From: an uncultured Ruminococcus sp.
Lineage (GTDB): Bacteria > Bacillota > Clostridia > Oscillospirales > Acutalibacteraceae
Length of the DNA: 64,000 nucleotides
Direction of reading: 5' to 3'
Assembly (NCBI GenBank): GCA_902798365.1
Contig: CADBWP010000013.1
Coordinates: 6,885 to 70,884, forward strand
A program made the translations under genes and the position numbers. Each line of letters opens with the position of its first letter. Positions within the stretch are counted from its first letter, which is position 1. Below are positions 31,017 to 42,241 of this stretch, one piece after another. The notes under the pieces are model-generated. The model was given only the letters and a program-made list of their open reading frames with translations, was not told the origin of the DNA and made no database searches.

Positions 31017-32164
31017 ACAATATAAAAGAAGCATTTCTAAGCATATATCAAAGGCCGCCCGAGGTGATTTGCTTTGCCCCGGGCAGGGTCAATCTGATAG
31101 GCGAACACACCGACTACAACGGCGGACATGTGTTTCCCTGCGCAGTTGATATGGGCATAACCTGCGCCGCCTCGCCCCGCCGCGACAGAGTTTTTCGGTT
31201 TTATTCGCAGAATTTCATTGATGACGGCATACGGGAATACCGTGCGGTTAACTTAGCACGGCAAGGCTGCTGGGCAGACTATCCCGTCGGAGTTATACGC
31301 GCCTTTGCGGCGTTCGGATACCTGTTGGCGGACGGCGCTGATTTTTACTTTTGCGGCGATCTGCCCGACGGCGCCGGACTGTCGTCCTCGGCGGCTCTCG
31401 AGGTGGCGACCGGCACGGCTCTAAAGGCGCTGTTTGATGTTCCTGTCACGCCTCAGGAGATTGCCGCCATCGGTCAGTTTGCCGAAAACCGTTTTATCGG
31501 GGTCAAGTGCGGTATCATGGATCAGTTCGCGTCCGCAATGGGCAGGCGCGGCTGCGCGGTCCTGCTCAATTCCGCCACGCTCAAATACGAATACGCGCCC
31601 ATAGGCGACGCCGCGACGGTGATAGTTAACAGCGGCGTAAAGCATTCGCTGGCTTCCTCTGCCTACAATCTGCGCAGGCAAGAATGTAAAACCGCGTTGT
31701 CGGCGTTGGGTGCGCATACTCTTTGTGAGCTGACGCCCGATGAATTTGAAGAAAACAAGAACAAAATCACCGACCCCATCTGCCGCAAAAGGGCAAGGCA
31801 CGTTATTTACGAAAACAAACGCGCCATAGACGCTGCAAGCGCTTTGAAAAGCGGAGACCTCGCCCTGTTTGGCAGGCTGATGAACCTGTCGCACGCCTCG
31901 CTTCGTGACGATTACGAGGTGTCCTGCGCAGAGCTCGATTTTTTGGCGGACTCGGCTCAGTCGATCGACGGCGTTTATGGATCGCGCATGACGGGCGGAG
32001 GCTTCGGCGGCTGTACCGTAACTCTTCTCAAACGGGGCGGAGAAGAAAGCTTTATCGAAAAAATTAAGACCGCATATCGGGATCGCTTCGGAACAACACC
32101 CGAAGCATATGCTGTCACCGCCGCCGACGGTGCGGCAGTAGTTGAGAATGTGAGGCAAAAATGA
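31013..32164 (+). CDS. galK: Galactokinase
   Basis: PGRVNLIGEHTDYNGG, GAGLSSSAA, CGIMDQ, GSRMTGGGFGG. Confidence 0.97.
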   Translation: MNNIKEAFLSIYQRPPEVICFAPGRVNLIGEHTDYNGGHVFPCAVDMGITCAASPRRDRVFRFYSQNFIDDGIREYRAVNLARQGCWADYPVGVIRAFAAFGYLLADGADFYFCGDLPDGAGLSSSAALEVATGTALKALFDVPVTPQEIAAIGQFAENRFIGVKCGIMDQFASAMGRRGCAVLLNSATLKYEYAPIGDAATVIVNSGVKHSLASSAYNLRRQECKTALSALGAHTLCELTPDEFEENKNKITDPICRKRARHVIYENKRAIDAASALKSGDLALFGRLMNLSHASLRDDYEVSCAELDFLADSAQSIDGVYGSRMTGGGFGGCTVTLLKRGGEESFIEKIKTAYRDRFGTTPEAYAVTAADGAAVVENVRQK

Positions 32165-33651
32165 TATTTAGTGCCATAGAAGCCCTTGCGGCATACGCGC
32201 CGGACAAGGGCTTGACAGATAAAAGCGAAATCATTTATACGCGCAACAGGCTGCTTGACGTGCTGGGCGAGGACAGCTTTGAGCCGTCGCCGCCCATGGA
32301 AGCTCCGCTTGCGGACATTTTGAAAACGCTTACGGATCATGCGGTGCAAAAGGGTCTGTGCGCCGACACCACCGAGAGCCGCGATATTTTTGACACAAGG
32401 CTTATGAACTGCCTTACACCGCGCCCGGGCGAGGTGAACCGTCGCTTTTTTGAGCTGTACAAGAATTCTCCTCAGGCGGCAACGGATTGGTTTTACGGCT
32501 TTGGCGGCGACACAAATTATATTCGCCGCGACAGAATTGCACGCGACCGCCGCTGGAAGGTAAGCAGCGAATACGGAGAAATTGATATTACCATCAATCT
32601 TTCAAAGCCCGAAAAGGATCCGCGCGATATAGCCGCCGCCGGCAAATCAACCGCCGCGGCATATCCTGCGTGCCAGCTTTGCGCCGATAACGTGGGCTAC
32701 GCGGGCAGAATAGGTCATCCCGCAAGAGCCAATCACCGCGTGATTCCCGTAACTTTGCACGGAGAGGACTGGTTTTTCCAGTACTCACCCTATGTTTATT
32801 ACAACGAGCATTGCATAGTTTTCAACAGCCGCCATGTGCCTATGAAGATCAGCGGCGAGGCGTTTGAAAGGCTGTTTGATTTTGTCAGGCAGTTTCCGCA
32901 TTACTTTGTCGGCTCCAATGCCGACCTGCCCATTGTGGGCGGTTCAATACTCAGCCACGATCATTTTCAGGGCGGACGCTACACATTTCCCATGGAAAAA
33001 GCGGAGATTGAAAACAGCTTTACGGTTGAGGGTTACGAGGACGTTGTCTGCGGCATAGTAAAGTGGCCGCTGTCCGTTATCCGCATAAGAGGCCGCGACA
33101 GCGCGCGGCTTGTTGCTCTTGCCTCGCATATCCTTGAAAAATGGCGCGGCTATACGGACGAAAGCGCCGTGATCTTTGCCCGGACAGACGGTGTTCCGCA
33201 CAACACAATAACTCCCATTGCGCGAAGAAGGGGAGAGGATTATGAGCTTGATCTCTGCCTGCGCAACAACCTCACCACCCCCGAGCATCCGCTTGGGCTG
33301 TATCATCCTCACGCCCGTTATCACCACATCAAGAAAGAAAACATCGGGCTTATAGAGGTGATGGGGCTCGCGGTTTTGCCTGCGCGCCTGCAAAAAGAGC
33401 TAAGCCTGCTTGAAGAATATATAGCCGACGGCAGAGATATTTCCTCAAATGAAGCCATAGCAAAGCACGCCGAATGGGCGGCAGCCTTTGCTCCCGCGCT
33501 TAAGGGTCAGCCTGTTGAGGTCATACGCCAAACGCTTGAGTCTGAGGTGGGCAAGGTGTTCCTCGGTGTTCTTGAGGACGCCGGCGTGTTTAAGCGCGAC
33601 CCAAAGGGACAAGAGGCGTTTATGAGATTCATAAGCGATATAGGCGGTTGA
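32161..33651 (+). CDS. galT: Galactose-1-phosphate uridylyltransferase (type II)
   Basis: ITINLSKPEKDP, FQYSPY.YY.EH, NADLPIVGGSILSHDHFQGG, HIKKENIGLIEVMG. Confidence 0.96.
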   Translation: MIFSAIEALAAYAPDKGLTDKSEIIYTRNRLLDVLGEDSFEPSPPMEAPLADILKTLTDHAVQKGLCADTTESRDIFDTRLMNCLTPRPGEVNRRFFELYKNSPQAATDWFYGFGGDTNYIRRDRIARDRRWKVSSEYGEIDITINLSKPEKDPRDIAAAGKSTAAAYPACQLCADNVGYAGRIGHPARANHRVIPVTLHGEDWFFQYSPYVYYNEHCIVFNSRHVPMKISGEAFERLFDFVRQFPHYFVGSNADLPIVGGSILSHDHFQGGRYTFPMEKAEIENSFTVEGYEDVVCGIVKWPLSVIRIRGRDSARLVALASHILEKWRGYTDESAVIFARTDGVPHNTITPIARRRGEDYELDLCLRNNLTTPEHPLGLYHPHARYHHIKKENIGLIEVMGLAVLPARLQKELSLLEEYIADGRDISSNEAIAKHAEWAAAFAPALKGQPVEVIRQTLESEVGKVFLGVLEDAGVFKRDPKGQEAFMRFISDIGG

Positions 33652-33667
33652 TTCTAATATAACAGTT

Positions 33668-33705
33668 AAAGCGGCAATCGTTACGGTTGCCGTTTTACTT
33701 TTTTG
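33668..33705 (+). terminator. Intrinsic terminator of the gal operon
   Basis: AAAGCGGCAATC...GGTTGCCGTTTT stem plus T tract. Confidence 0.6.
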
Positions 33706-33784
33706 GCAAAAACAGCAATCTTTTAGCGGCAGAAGCAATATATTCTTATTGAATTTAACGCACGTCTGTAATATAATATAGAAA

Positions 33785-34177
33785 ATGACAGCGGGAGGCA
33801 TTATGAACAGGGCAGAGCTTGGGGAGCATATTTTTAAGACATACGGCGTTGAGCCCGATTTTCCGTGGGACAACAGCCCCGACTATGCCGTTTATCGCCA
33901 CGCCGACAACCGCAAATGGTTTGCGCTTGTCATGGTGATCCCGAGGCGGACGCTCGGCTTGGACGGCGACGGAACCATTGATGTTGTCAATCTTAAGTGC
34001 GACCCGGTGCTTATCGGCTCGCTGCGGCTTGAAAAGGGCTTTTTTCCGGCTTATCACATGAGCAAGGAGAAATGGATAACCGTCGCTCTGGACGGCACAG
34101 TTGATGATGAAAGACTGAAGGCGCTTGTCGATATGAGCTTTGACCTTACCGCCGTTAAGATAAAAAAGAATAAATAA
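33785..34177 (+). CDS. MmcQ/YjbR-family protein
   Basis: VYRH..NRKWFA, NLKCDP, PAYHMSKEKWI, SFDLT. Confidence 0.9.
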   Translation: MTAGGIMNRAELGEHIFKTYGVEPDFPWDNSPDYAVYRHADNRKWFALVMVIPRRTLGLDGDGTIDVVNLKCDPVLIGSLRLEKGFFPAYHMSKEKWITVALDGTVDDERLKALVDMSFDLTAVKIKKNK

Positions 34178-34181
34178 AAAT

Positions 34182-34219
34182 GCCGATTGATTCGACAGGA
34201 TCAGTCGGCTGTGCTTTTT
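34182..34219 (+). terminator. Probable terminator
   Basis: GCCGATTGAT...ATCAGTCGGC stem followed by TGTGCTTTTT. Confidence 0.45.
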
Positions 34220-34373
34220 GGCAAAAAATTCGGCGAAAAATAATTATCGTTATTGTTTTTTGCACATATTTGTGGTAAAATATCCGGGGTTCCATTTAAT
34301 ACTATCTGTTGTATAAAGACATGAACCGTTTGGTGTTGTACCTGAAATGATTTTTATTCCGGAGGTGAGAGCC

Positions 34374-34682
34374 ATGCAGGACATGATAAAAAGAATAATA
34401 GAAGCAGACAGCGAGGCAAAGGCGCTTGAGGAGGCAAACAAAAGAGCCGCCGAAAAGGAAAGGCAGAAGATAGAGCAGGAGGCAGAAGCTATCTATCAAA
34501 AATACATGGACGACGCGCAGGCTGCAATAGAAAAAAACGACGCCTATCTTGACAAGCGGTATGCAAGAAAGCTAAGCGACGTCACCGCAAGGCAGGAGTC
34601 GGCGCTTATCAAGCTCAGATCCGACTATGATCAAAACCGCGACAGATGGGTTGACGAAATAGTCAGCCGTGTAACGGGCTGA
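34374..34682 (+). CDS. V/A-type ATPase peripheral stalk subunit G/H
   Basis: GGAGG RBS plus ATG 34374; charged coiled coil IKRIIEAD..A; first gene of the operon. Confidence 0.7.
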   Translation: MQDMIKRIIEADSEAKALEEANKRAAEKERQKIEQEAEAIYQKYMDDAQAAIEKNDAYLDKRYARKLSDVTARQESALIKLRSDYDQNRDRWVDEIVSRVTG

Positions 34683-34697
34683 CCGGGAGGTGATTTT

Positions 34698-35732
34698 GTG
34701 TCCTCAACATCCTACGCCGTTTTGGCAAAGGCAAGGGCAAAATACGGCAAGTTTCTGACCGACCGCGACTACACAAGCATTTTGGCGTGTCAAAGCGTGG
34801 CAGAGGTGATGGTGTATCTAAAGTCGCACACCCACTATGCCTCGGTGCTCTACGAGGTTAACGAGCGCGACGTGCACCGCGGCCGCCTCGAGCAGCTGTT
34901 AAGGCAGAATCTTTTTGATGAGTTCGGCTCGTTGTGCCGCTACGACTCAAGCATAAGCGAGGGCTTTTCGCGTTATGTTATCGAAAAAACCGAGGCGGAG
35001 CAGATAATACGCTTTTTGATTTTGCTCAACTCAAACTCTACCGAAAAGTTTATCTTTCAGTTTCCCGCGTTTTTGTCAAAGCACACGGATATAGACGTCA
35101 ACATGCTTGCCAATGCGCGCGACTACGACGATTTTTTAAACGCCCTCAGCGGCACGCCGTATTACGACATTCTCAAAATCTATAAGCCCGACGAAAAGGG
35201 CAGGCTTCCCGTGTCGGACATAGAAAACAAGCTGTATGCCCGCGTGTTCAAGCGCGTGCTGGCGCTTATAAAGAAAAAAACAGCAGGCAGCGAGCAAAGG
35301 GAGCTGCTGACCTTGTTCAGGACGATAAACGATTACAGTATTTTTTCAAGGATCCTGCGATTGAAAAAGTATTATAACCTATCGCCCGAGGTGCTCAAGG
35401 CAGGCATGCTTTCCGAATACGGCAGTCTCAGCCGCTCCGTTATCGAGCGCATGTGCGAGGCAAAGTCCTCGGCAGAGGTGTTCCAAATAATGCAAAGCAC
35501 GGGCAGCGGCAGAATGATTGGCAAGATAGGCTACAACTACGCAGGCGACATCCATCCGCGCGTGCAGTACCGCCTTGCCAAAAAGAACATACATTTTTCA
35601 AACAATCCGTCGGTCGTGATGATCTCGTTCGTGTTCCTCTGTGAAACCGAGCTGATGAACGTCATCAGCCTCATAGAGGGCATACGCTATCAGCTCGACC
35701 CCAAAATAATCAAGTCATTGCTTATTCGATGA
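34698..35732 (+). CDS. V/A-type ATPase subunit C
   Basis: AKARAKYGK.L, HRGRLE, E..N...IEGIRY; operon context. Confidence 0.88.
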   Translation: MSSTSYAVLAKARAKYGKFLTDRDYTSILACQSVAEVMVYLKSHTHYASVLYEVNERDVHRGRLEQLLRQNLFDEFGSLCRYDSSISEGFSRYVIEKTEAEQIIRFLILLNSNSTEKFIFQFPAFLSKHTDIDVNMLANARDYDDFLNALSGTPYYDILKIYKPDEKGRLPVSDIENKLYARVFKRVLALIKKKTAGSEQRELLTLFRTINDYSIFSRILRLKKYYNLSPEVLKAGMLSEYGSLSRSVIERMCEAKSSAEVFQIMQSTGSGRMIGKIGYNYAGDIHPRVQYRLAKKNIHFSNNPSVVMISFVFLCETELMNVISLIEGIRYQLDPKIIKSLLIR

Positions 35733-35755
35733 CTGCAACAAAGAGGTGATTTTAC

Positions 35756-37687
35756 TTGGCAGTATCATCAATGCAGGCAGTTAACGTGATAGGTCTTACC
35801 GAACACATCGACGAGGTCATAAACGTTCTGGGCGAATCGGGCGTGTTCCACCCCGACGAGGTCAGCAACTTTTACAACGACCTAAGCGACTTTACCCGTC
35901 TGCAATCCAAAAACAACTATGCCGAGCCTCTCACCAATCTTAAGGCCGCGCTCAATCAGACAAAACGGCGTTTTCCCGTCACGGATGTAAGCGATTTCAA
36001 CCCGACGTATGAGGAGCTTGAAGCGTTTTCAAACGCGACCACCGCCGATATAGACGCGCTGATAGACAAAAAGGCGACGGCAGAGAAGGAGCTTGAAGAG
36101 ACAAAGCACAACCTCAGCATAGTCGAGCACTTTGCCGTGCTTGACGTTCAGATCCAAAAGGTTCTGGATATGCGCTATATGAGAGCGCGCTTCGGTCGGC
36201 TGCCCAAGGACAGCCTGCAAAAGCTTGAGGCGTACAAGGACAGCGAATACGTCGATTTTGCCGTTTGCACCGAGGACAAAACCCATTGCTGGGGCGTGTA
36301 TTTTGCTCCCAAGGAAAGCGTGGAGGAGATCGACAAAATCTTTGAGGGTCTGTTTTTTGAGCACACCGAGTTTATCGGCGAGGACGAGACCCCGAGTGAA
36401 AAAATCGAAAGCTATAAGGAAGAGATTCCCGTCCTTGAGGCAAAGCTGAGGGAGGCGGAAGCACGGCTCGACGGCTATCTCAAAGAAAACGGCGACGCAA
36501 TAACACGCTATCTTTCAAAGCTTGAGGAGCTGTACCTGTACGCAGGAATACGCAGCAAGGCGCTGCAGCACAACAACAGCTTTATTATCGTCGGTTGGAT
36601 ACCCACCGAAAACAAAAAGCAGCTAAAAAAGAGGCTCAAAAAAATAAGAAGCGTGGAGCTTGACTTTTCCGACGCCAAAAACGAGCTGGACAAGCGACCG
36701 CCCGTAAGGCTCAAAAACTGCTTTCTGGCAAAGCCCTTTGAGTTTTACACCGAAATGTACGGCGTGCCGAGGTACAACGAGATAGACCCAACGCTGTTCA
36801 TCGCCATAACCTATGTGCTTATCTTCGGCATCATGTTTGCCGACCTCGGTCAGGGCTTTTGCCTTGCTGTTGCCGGGTTGCTGATGTGGAAGCTCAAAAA
36901 GATGAAGATAGGCAAAATACTGTTCCCCTGCGGAATATCGGCAATGGTGTTCGGCACCGTGTTCGGCAGCGTGTTCGGCTTTGAACGTATGCTCGACCCC
37001 ATGTTCAGGCTGTTCGGCTTTCACGAAAAGCCCATAGAGGTCATGGCGTCAAAAAACACCAACGCCGTAATACTTGGAGCAATAGGAATAGGCGTGGTTT
37101 TGCTTATCACCGCCATGTTCCTCAATGTTTATACGTCGTTCAGGCAAAAAAACTACGGACGCGCGCTGTTCGGCACAAGCGGAATCGCGGGAATAATCTT
37201 TTACGGCTCGCTTGTGTTCGGGCTTACCGCCGAGATCTTCCTCGGGCTTCATGTAATGACCGTGCCGTACATCATAGGGCTTGTGGTCATTCCGTTTTTG
37301 CTTGTGTTTTTTGCCGAGCCTCTCGGCGACCTTGTTAACGGCGAGCGCGACTGGCAGCCCGAAAGCTGGGGCGGATATATAGTCGAGAACATTTTTGAGT
37401 CCATAGAGGTGCTTCTCGGCTACGTTACCAACACCATGAGCTTTTTGCGTGTGGGTGCGTTCGTGCTTGTTCACGCAGGCATGATGCTTGTTGTGTTTGT
37501 GCTTGCCGAAACCGCGGGCGGCGTATGGTACTGGGTCATCGTGGTTTTGGGCAACGCCCTTGTCATGGTGCTCGAGGCGCTTTTGGTCGCAATTCAGGTG
37601 CTCAGGCTTGAATACTACGAGATGTTCAGCCGCTTTTATTCGGGCGAGGGCAGAGAGTTCGAGCCTGTCAAAATATCTACAGATTAA
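35756..37687 (+). CDS. V/A-type ATPase subunit I (a)
   Basis: YGVPRYNEIDPT, FGIMFADLGQG, NTMSFLRVGAF, IQVLRLEYYEMFSRFY. Confidence 0.95.
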   Translation: MAVSSMQAVNVIGLTEHIDEVINVLGESGVFHPDEVSNFYNDLSDFTRLQSKNNYAEPLTNLKAALNQTKRRFPVTDVSDFNPTYEELEAFSNATTADIDALIDKKATAEKELEETKHNLSIVEHFAVLDVQIQKVLDMRYMRARFGRLPKDSLQKLEAYKDSEYVDFAVCTEDKTHCWGVYFAPKESVEEIDKIFEGLFFEHTEFIGEDETPSEKIESYKEEIPVLEAKLREAEARLDGYLKENGDAITRYLSKLEELYLYAGIRSKALQHNNSFIIVGWIPTENKKQLKKRLKKIRSVELDFSDAKNELDKRPPVRLKNCFLAKPFEFYTEMYGVPRYNEIDPTLFIAITYVLIFGIMFADLGQGFCLAVAGLLMWKLKKMKIGKILFPCGISAMVFGTVFGSVFGFERMLDPMFRLFGFHEKPIEVMASKNTNAVILGAIGIGVVLLITAMFLNVYTSFRQKNYGRALFGTSGIAGIIFYGSLVFGLTAEIFLGLHVMTVPYIIGLVVIPFLLVFFAEPLGDLVNGERDWQPESWGGYIVENIFESIEVLLGYVTNTMSFLRVGAFVLVHAGMMLVVFVLAETAGGVWYWVIVVLGNALVMVLEALLVAIQVLRLEYYEMFSRFYSGEGREFEPVKISTD

Positions 37688-37704
37688 CTTTCGGAGGTTT
37701 TATA

Positions 37705-38136
37705 ATGACTATTTTTGATTTTATTATTATGGCTTTACCCGTTGCATTTTTACTCATTTCCGTGGCTCTCGCCGTAAGAGCGGTGTCGCACGGCAAAAAC
37801 AGAAAGAGAACCATGCTCATGCAGCTTGCGTCCTTTGCGGCTGTGTTTGCCGTTTGTATGGTATGTCCGTTTGTCGCAAGCGCGGCTGCCGGTGAGCCCG
37901 CTGCTGCGGGTGCGGGCGGAGCCGACGGCATGGCGTTTATCGGCGCGGCAGCGGCAACGGGTCTTTCGTGCATAGGCGGCGGTATCGCCGTTGCAAACGC
38001 TGCACCTGCTGCTATCGGCGCGACCAGCGAGGACCCCAAGGCGTTCGGTAAGGCAATCATCTTTGTTGCTTTGGGCGAAGGTATCGCTTTGTACGGTATG
38101 CTCATTTCCATAATGATTCTTTCCAAGATCGGCTAA
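37705..38136 (+). CDS. V/A-type ATPase proteolipid subunit K (c)
   Basis: GLSCIGGGIAV, SEDPK, FVALGEGIALYG with the conserved Glu. Confidence 0.93.
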   Translation: MTIFDFIIMALPVAFLLISVALAVRAVSHGKNRKRTMLMQLASFAAVFAVCMVCPFVASAAAGEPAAAGAGGADGMAFIGAAAATGLSCIGGGIAVANAAPAAIGATSEDPKAFGKAIIFVALGEGIALYGMLISIMILSKIG

Positions 38137-38146
38137 GTGATTTGCA

Positions 38147-38455
38147 ATGAAATTCTATTTGATTAGTGACAATGTTGACACAAAAATGGGTATGCGTTTT
38201 GCAGGCATTCCCGGTGTTGTCGTGCACGAAAGGGAAGAGGTGCGGCGCGAGCTCACTCAGGCAATGGAGCGCGAGGACGTGGCTGTCATCCTTATGACCG
38301 AAAAGCTGGTTTCGCTGTGCCGCGACATCGTCTATGACCTGAAGCTCAACCGCAAAAAGCCCCTTATTGTTGAGATCCCCGACCGTCACGGCAACGGTCG
38401 AACCAAAGACAGCATAACACGATATGTTCAGGACGCAATAGGCGTAAAGCTGTAA
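38147..38455 (+). CDS. V/A-type ATPase subunit F
   Basis: DT..GMRFAGI.G, PLIVEIPDRHG, AIGVKL. Confidence 0.93.
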   Translation: MKFYLISDNVDTKMGMRFAGIPGVVVHEREEVRRELTQAMEREDVAVILMTEKLVSLCRDIVYDLKLNRKKPLIVEIPDRHGNGRTKDSITRYVQDAIGVKL

Positions 38456-38481
38456 GTATTGTCACGGAAAGAAGGTAACTT

Positions 38482-39072
38482 ATGCCTAAAAACAAAACCG
38501 ATAACTTTCTTAAGGCGATAAAAAAATATGCCAAGGCGCAAAAGAACGCCATGCGCGGCGAGGTCAAGCAGATAAAGACCGAGCGGCTGAGAGAGGCTGA
38601 GGACAAGGGAAAGGCGGACAGCGAGCGCCTTATCAAAGAAAAGCTCACCGAGTCTCGCAACAGGCACACCTCACAGCTCGCCGCCAAAACCCGCGAGGGT
38701 CAGCGCAGGCTGTTTATCGAGCGCTCCACTATGGTTGATGAGGTTTTCAAGCTTGCGGCGGATAAGCTTGTGTATTACGCCAAGTCGGACGAATACGCAC
38801 AAAAGCTGATCGAAAGCGCCAAGACTGTGGCAGAGGTATTTGAGGGCAGAGACTGCATAATATACTTAAGCGAGCGCGACCTTGACCGCGCCCCCGACGT
38901 TAAGGCTCAGTTCGGCGGCAACGTGCAGGTCAAAGCGGACAAAACCATAAAAATCGGAGGCGTCAGGGGCTATTGCGAAAGCATGGGAATCATAGCCGAC
39001 GAGACCCTTGACAGCAAGCTTGAAGCGCAGCGCGGGTGGTTTGTTGAAAACGCCGAGCTGTCCGTACTGTAA
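38482..39072 (+). CDS. V/A-type ATPase subunit E
   Basis: Coiled-coil N-terminus, IKIGG, DETLDSKL. Confidence 0.85.
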   Translation: MPKNKTDNFLKAIKKYAKAQKNAMRGEVKQIKTERLREAEDKGKADSERLIKEKLTESRNRHTSQLAAKTREGQRRLFIERSTMVDEVFKLAADKLVYYAKSDEYAQKLIESAKTVAEVFEGRDCIIYLSERDLDRAPDVKAQFGGNVQVKADKTIKIGGVRGYCESMGIIADETLDSKLEAQRGWFVENAELSVL

Positions 39073-39077
39073 AAGAG

Positions 39078-40844
39078 ATGATTGATATGAACAACAATGT
39101 GATATACGGAATAAACGGCCCCGTAGTAACCGTAAAAAACACCGACAGCTTCGAGATGATGGAAATGGTTCACGTCGGAAAGCAGAATCTTGTGGGCGAG
39201 GTCATCGGCATCACAGCCGCCCTCACCACAATTCAGGTGTATGAGGAAACCACGGGACTTAAGCCCGGCGACCCCGTAACGGGCACGGGCGCTCCCATGA
39301 ACGTGCTTTTGGGTCCCGGAATAATAGACAACATCTTCGACGGCATAGAGCGCCCCCTTAAGGCTATAGAGGCGCAGTCGGGCGCGTTCATCAGCAGAGG
39401 CGCGTCGGTTTCGCCGCTCGACCCCGACAAGGTCTGGCAGGTCACCCTTAAGGTAAAAGAGGGCGACAGGCTTTGCGGCGGTCAGATATATGCCACCCTG
39501 CCCGAAACACCCATAATAGAACACCGCGTTATGCTTCATCCCGACCTTTCGGGCACCGTAAAAAAGGTCATGCCCGACGGCGAGTACAAGATACATGACG
39601 TGATAGCAGAACTGGAGGACGAGCTGGGCAATATCCACAGGCTCACCCTGTGCCAGCAATGGCCCATAAGAACCGCCAGACCCGTAAGCGAAAGGCTCAC
39701 CCCGTCGATACCGCTTATAACCGGTCAGCGCGTTATGGACACCCTGTTTCCCATAGCAAAGGGCGGCACGGCGGCTATTCCGGGCGGCTTCGGCACGGGC
39801 AAAACCATGAACCAGCACCAGCTTGCAAAATGGTGCGACGCCGACATAATCATCTATGTAGGCTGCGGCGAACGCGGCAACGAGATGAGCCAGGTGCTCG
39901 ACGAGTTTTCCGAGCTTATCGACCCCAAATCAAACCGCCCCATGACCGACAGAACGGTGCTTATCGCCAACACCTCAAACATGCCCGTTGCGGCGCGTGA
40001 GGCGTCCATATACACAGGCATAACCCTTGCCGAATACTACCGCGACATGGGCTATCACGTGGCTATGATGGCTGATTCCACCTCACGCTGGGCAGAGGCT
40101 CTGCGCGAGATCTCGGGACGCCTTGAGGAAATGCCCGCCGAGGAGGGCTTTCCCGCATATCTGCCCTCACGCCTTGCAGAGTTTTACGAAAGAGGCGGAC
40201 GCGCCGACGTATTGAGCGGCGGCGAGGGCTCGGTAACGCTCATAGGCGCGGTGTCGCCGCAGGGCTCCGACTTTTCAGAGCCCGTCACCCAAAACACAAA
40301 GCGCTTTACGCGCGTGTTCTGGGCGCTCGACAAGGCTCTTGCCTATGCAAGACACTATCCCGCAATCAACTGGATAAACAGCTACAGCGAGTATTTCAAC
40401 GACCTTGACCCGTGGTTCAGAGAGAACCTCGGCGATGATTTTGTGGAATACAGAAACCGTATCAGCGCGCTTTTGCAGGAGGAAAGCTCGCTTATGGAGA
40501 TAGTAAAGCTCATCGGCTCCGACGTGCTTCCCGACGACCAAAAGCTGGTTATCGAAACCGCAAGAGCCATACGCGTGGGCTTTTTGCAGCAGAACGCCTT
40601 CCACGCCGAGGACACCTATGTTCCGCTTGAAAAGCAAAAGCTTATGATGAAGGTCATTTTGCACCTTCACGCCAAGGCAAAGGAGATCGTCGCGCGCGAG
40701 ATACCCATTTCAAAAATCATCGATCTCGGGCTGTTTGACAAGCTCACCAAGATGAAGTACGACATTCCCAACAGCCGCCTCGATATGTTTGACGGCTACA
40801 TCAAAGAAATCGACGAAAAGCTCGGCGAATTATTATTGCAGTAA
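39078..40844 (+). CDS. V/A-type ATPase catalytic subunit A
   Basis: [41 protein letters not shown]. Confidence 0.97.
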   Translation: MIDMNNNVIYGINGPVVTVKNTDSFEMMEMVHVGKQNLVGEVIGITAALTTIQVYEETTGLKPGDPVTGTGAPMNVLLGPGIIDNIFDGIERPLKAIEAQSGAFISRGASVSPLDPDKVWQVTLKVKEGDRLCGGQIYATLPETPIIEHRVMLHPDLSGTVKKVMPDGEYKIHDVIAELEDELGNIHRLTLCQQWPIRTARPVSERLTPSIPLITGQRVMDTLFPIAKGGTAAIPGGFGTGKTMNQHQLAKWCDADIIIYVGCGERGNEMSQVLDEFSELIDPKSNRPMTDRTVLIANTSNMPVAAREASIYTGITLAEYYRDMGYHVAMMADSTSRWAEALREISGRLEEMPAEEGFPAYLPSRLAEFYERGGRADVLSGGEGSVTLIGAVSPQGSDFSEPVTQNTKRFTRVFWALDKALAYARHYPAINWINSYSEYFNDLDPWFRENLGDDFVEYRNRISALLQEESSLMEIVKLIGSDVLPDDQKLVIETARAIRVGFLQQNAFHAEDTYVPLEKQKLMMKVILHLHAKAKEIVAREIPISKIIDLGLFDKLTKMKYDIPNSRLDMFDGYIKEIDEKLGELLLQ

Positions 40845-40856
40845 GGAGGAAACGCT

Positions 40857-42239
40857 TTGATCATCAATTATGTAGGCGTAAAAGAAATCAACGGTTCGCT
40901 GATAGTAATGGACGGCGTAAAGGGCGTTTCCAACGAGGAGATCGTAGATATCAGGCTCGAAAACGGCTCTGTCCGTCAGGGCAGGGTGGTTCAGATAGAG
41001 GGCGAAAAAATCGTTGTGCAGGTCTTTGAGGGCACAAGGCGCATCAGCCTCAAAAACACCCGCACGCGCCTTACCGGACACCCCATGGAAATGCCGCTTT
41101 CTCCCGAAATAATCGGCAGAGTGCTCGACGGCGCAGGCAGACCCATAGACGGTCTGGGCGACATCTTTCCTCAAAAGCGAGCCAACATCAACGGCACGCC
41201 CATCAACCCCGTGTCGAGGGTATATCCCAAAAACTACATCAACACGGGCATTTCAACCATAGACACCCTTATGACCCTTATCAGAGGTCAGAAGCTGCCC
41301 ATTTTTTCGGGCTCGGGCATGACCCACAACGACCTTGCGGTTCAAATCGTGCGCCAGGCAAAAATAAGCGGCGCCGACAGCACCAACTTCGGCGTGGTTT
41401 TTGCCGCAATGGGCGTTCAAAAAGACGTCGCCGAGTACTTCCGCAAGAGCTTTGAAGAGAGCGGCGTGCTTTCAAGGGTGGTCATGCTGCTCAACCTTTC
41501 AAACGACCCCATCATCGAGAGAACGCTCACACCGCGCTGCGCTCTTACTGTTGCCGAGTATCTCGCGTTCGAGCTCGATATGCACATCCTTGTCATAATG
41601 ACCGACATGACATCTTACGCCGAGGCTCTGCGCGAGTTTTCGTCCTCAAAGGGCGAGATTCCCGGCAGAAAGGGCTATCCGGGCTATCTTTACTCCGACC
41701 TCGCATCGCTGTACGAAAGAGCAGGCATGATAAAAGGCCGTTCGGGCTCGGTAACTCAAATCCCCATCCTCACCATGCCCAACGACGACATAACCCACCC
41801 CATACCCGACCTTACGGGCTACATCACCGAGGGTCAGATAGTGCTTGACAGGACCTTGCAGGGACAGGGCTTTTACCCGCCCGTCAGCGTGCTTCCGTCG
41901 CTTTCGCGTCTTATGAAGGACGGCATAGGCGAGGGTTACACCCGCGCCGACCACCAGCCGCTTGCCAACCAGCTTTTTGCGTCCTATGCAAAGGTCACAG
42001 ACGCACGTGCGCTCGCCTCGGTAATAGGCGAGGAGGAGCTTTCTCCCATCGACAAAAAGTATATCGAGTTCGGCAGGCTGTTTGAGTCGCGGTTTGTAAA
42101 TCAGGGCTTTACCGAAAACAGAAGCATAGAGCAAAGCCTTGACCTTGGCTGGGAGCTGTTATCCACCCTGCCCAGATCAGAGCTTGACCGCGTTGACGAC
42201 GCCGTGCTCGACGTATATTACAAGGGCGGTGAGGTGTAA
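40857..42239 (+). CDS. V/A-type ATPase subunit B
   Basis: [53 protein letters not shown]. Confidence 0.97.
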   Translation: MIINYVGVKEINGSLIVMDGVKGVSNEEIVDIRLENGSVRQGRVVQIEGEKIVVQVFEGTRRISLKNTRTRLTGHPMEMPLSPEIIGRVLDGAGRPIDGLGDIFPQKRANINGTPINPVSRVYPKNYINTGISTIDTLMTLIRGQKLPIFSGSGMTHNDLAVQIVRQAKISGADSTNFGVVFAAMGVQKDVAEYFRKSFEESGVLSRVVMLLNLSNDPIIERTLTPRCALTVAEYLAFELDMHILVIMTDMTSYAEALREFSSSKGEIPGRKGYPGYLYSDLASLYERAGMIKGRSGSVTQIPILTMPNDDITHPIPDLTGYITEGQIVLDRTLQGQGFYPPVSVLPSLSRLMKDGIGEGYTRADHQPLANQLFASYAKVTDARALASVIGEEELSPIDKKYIEFGRLFESRFVNQGFTENRSIEQSLDLGWELLSTLPRSELDRVDDAVLDVYYKGGEV

Positions 42240-42241
42240 CC

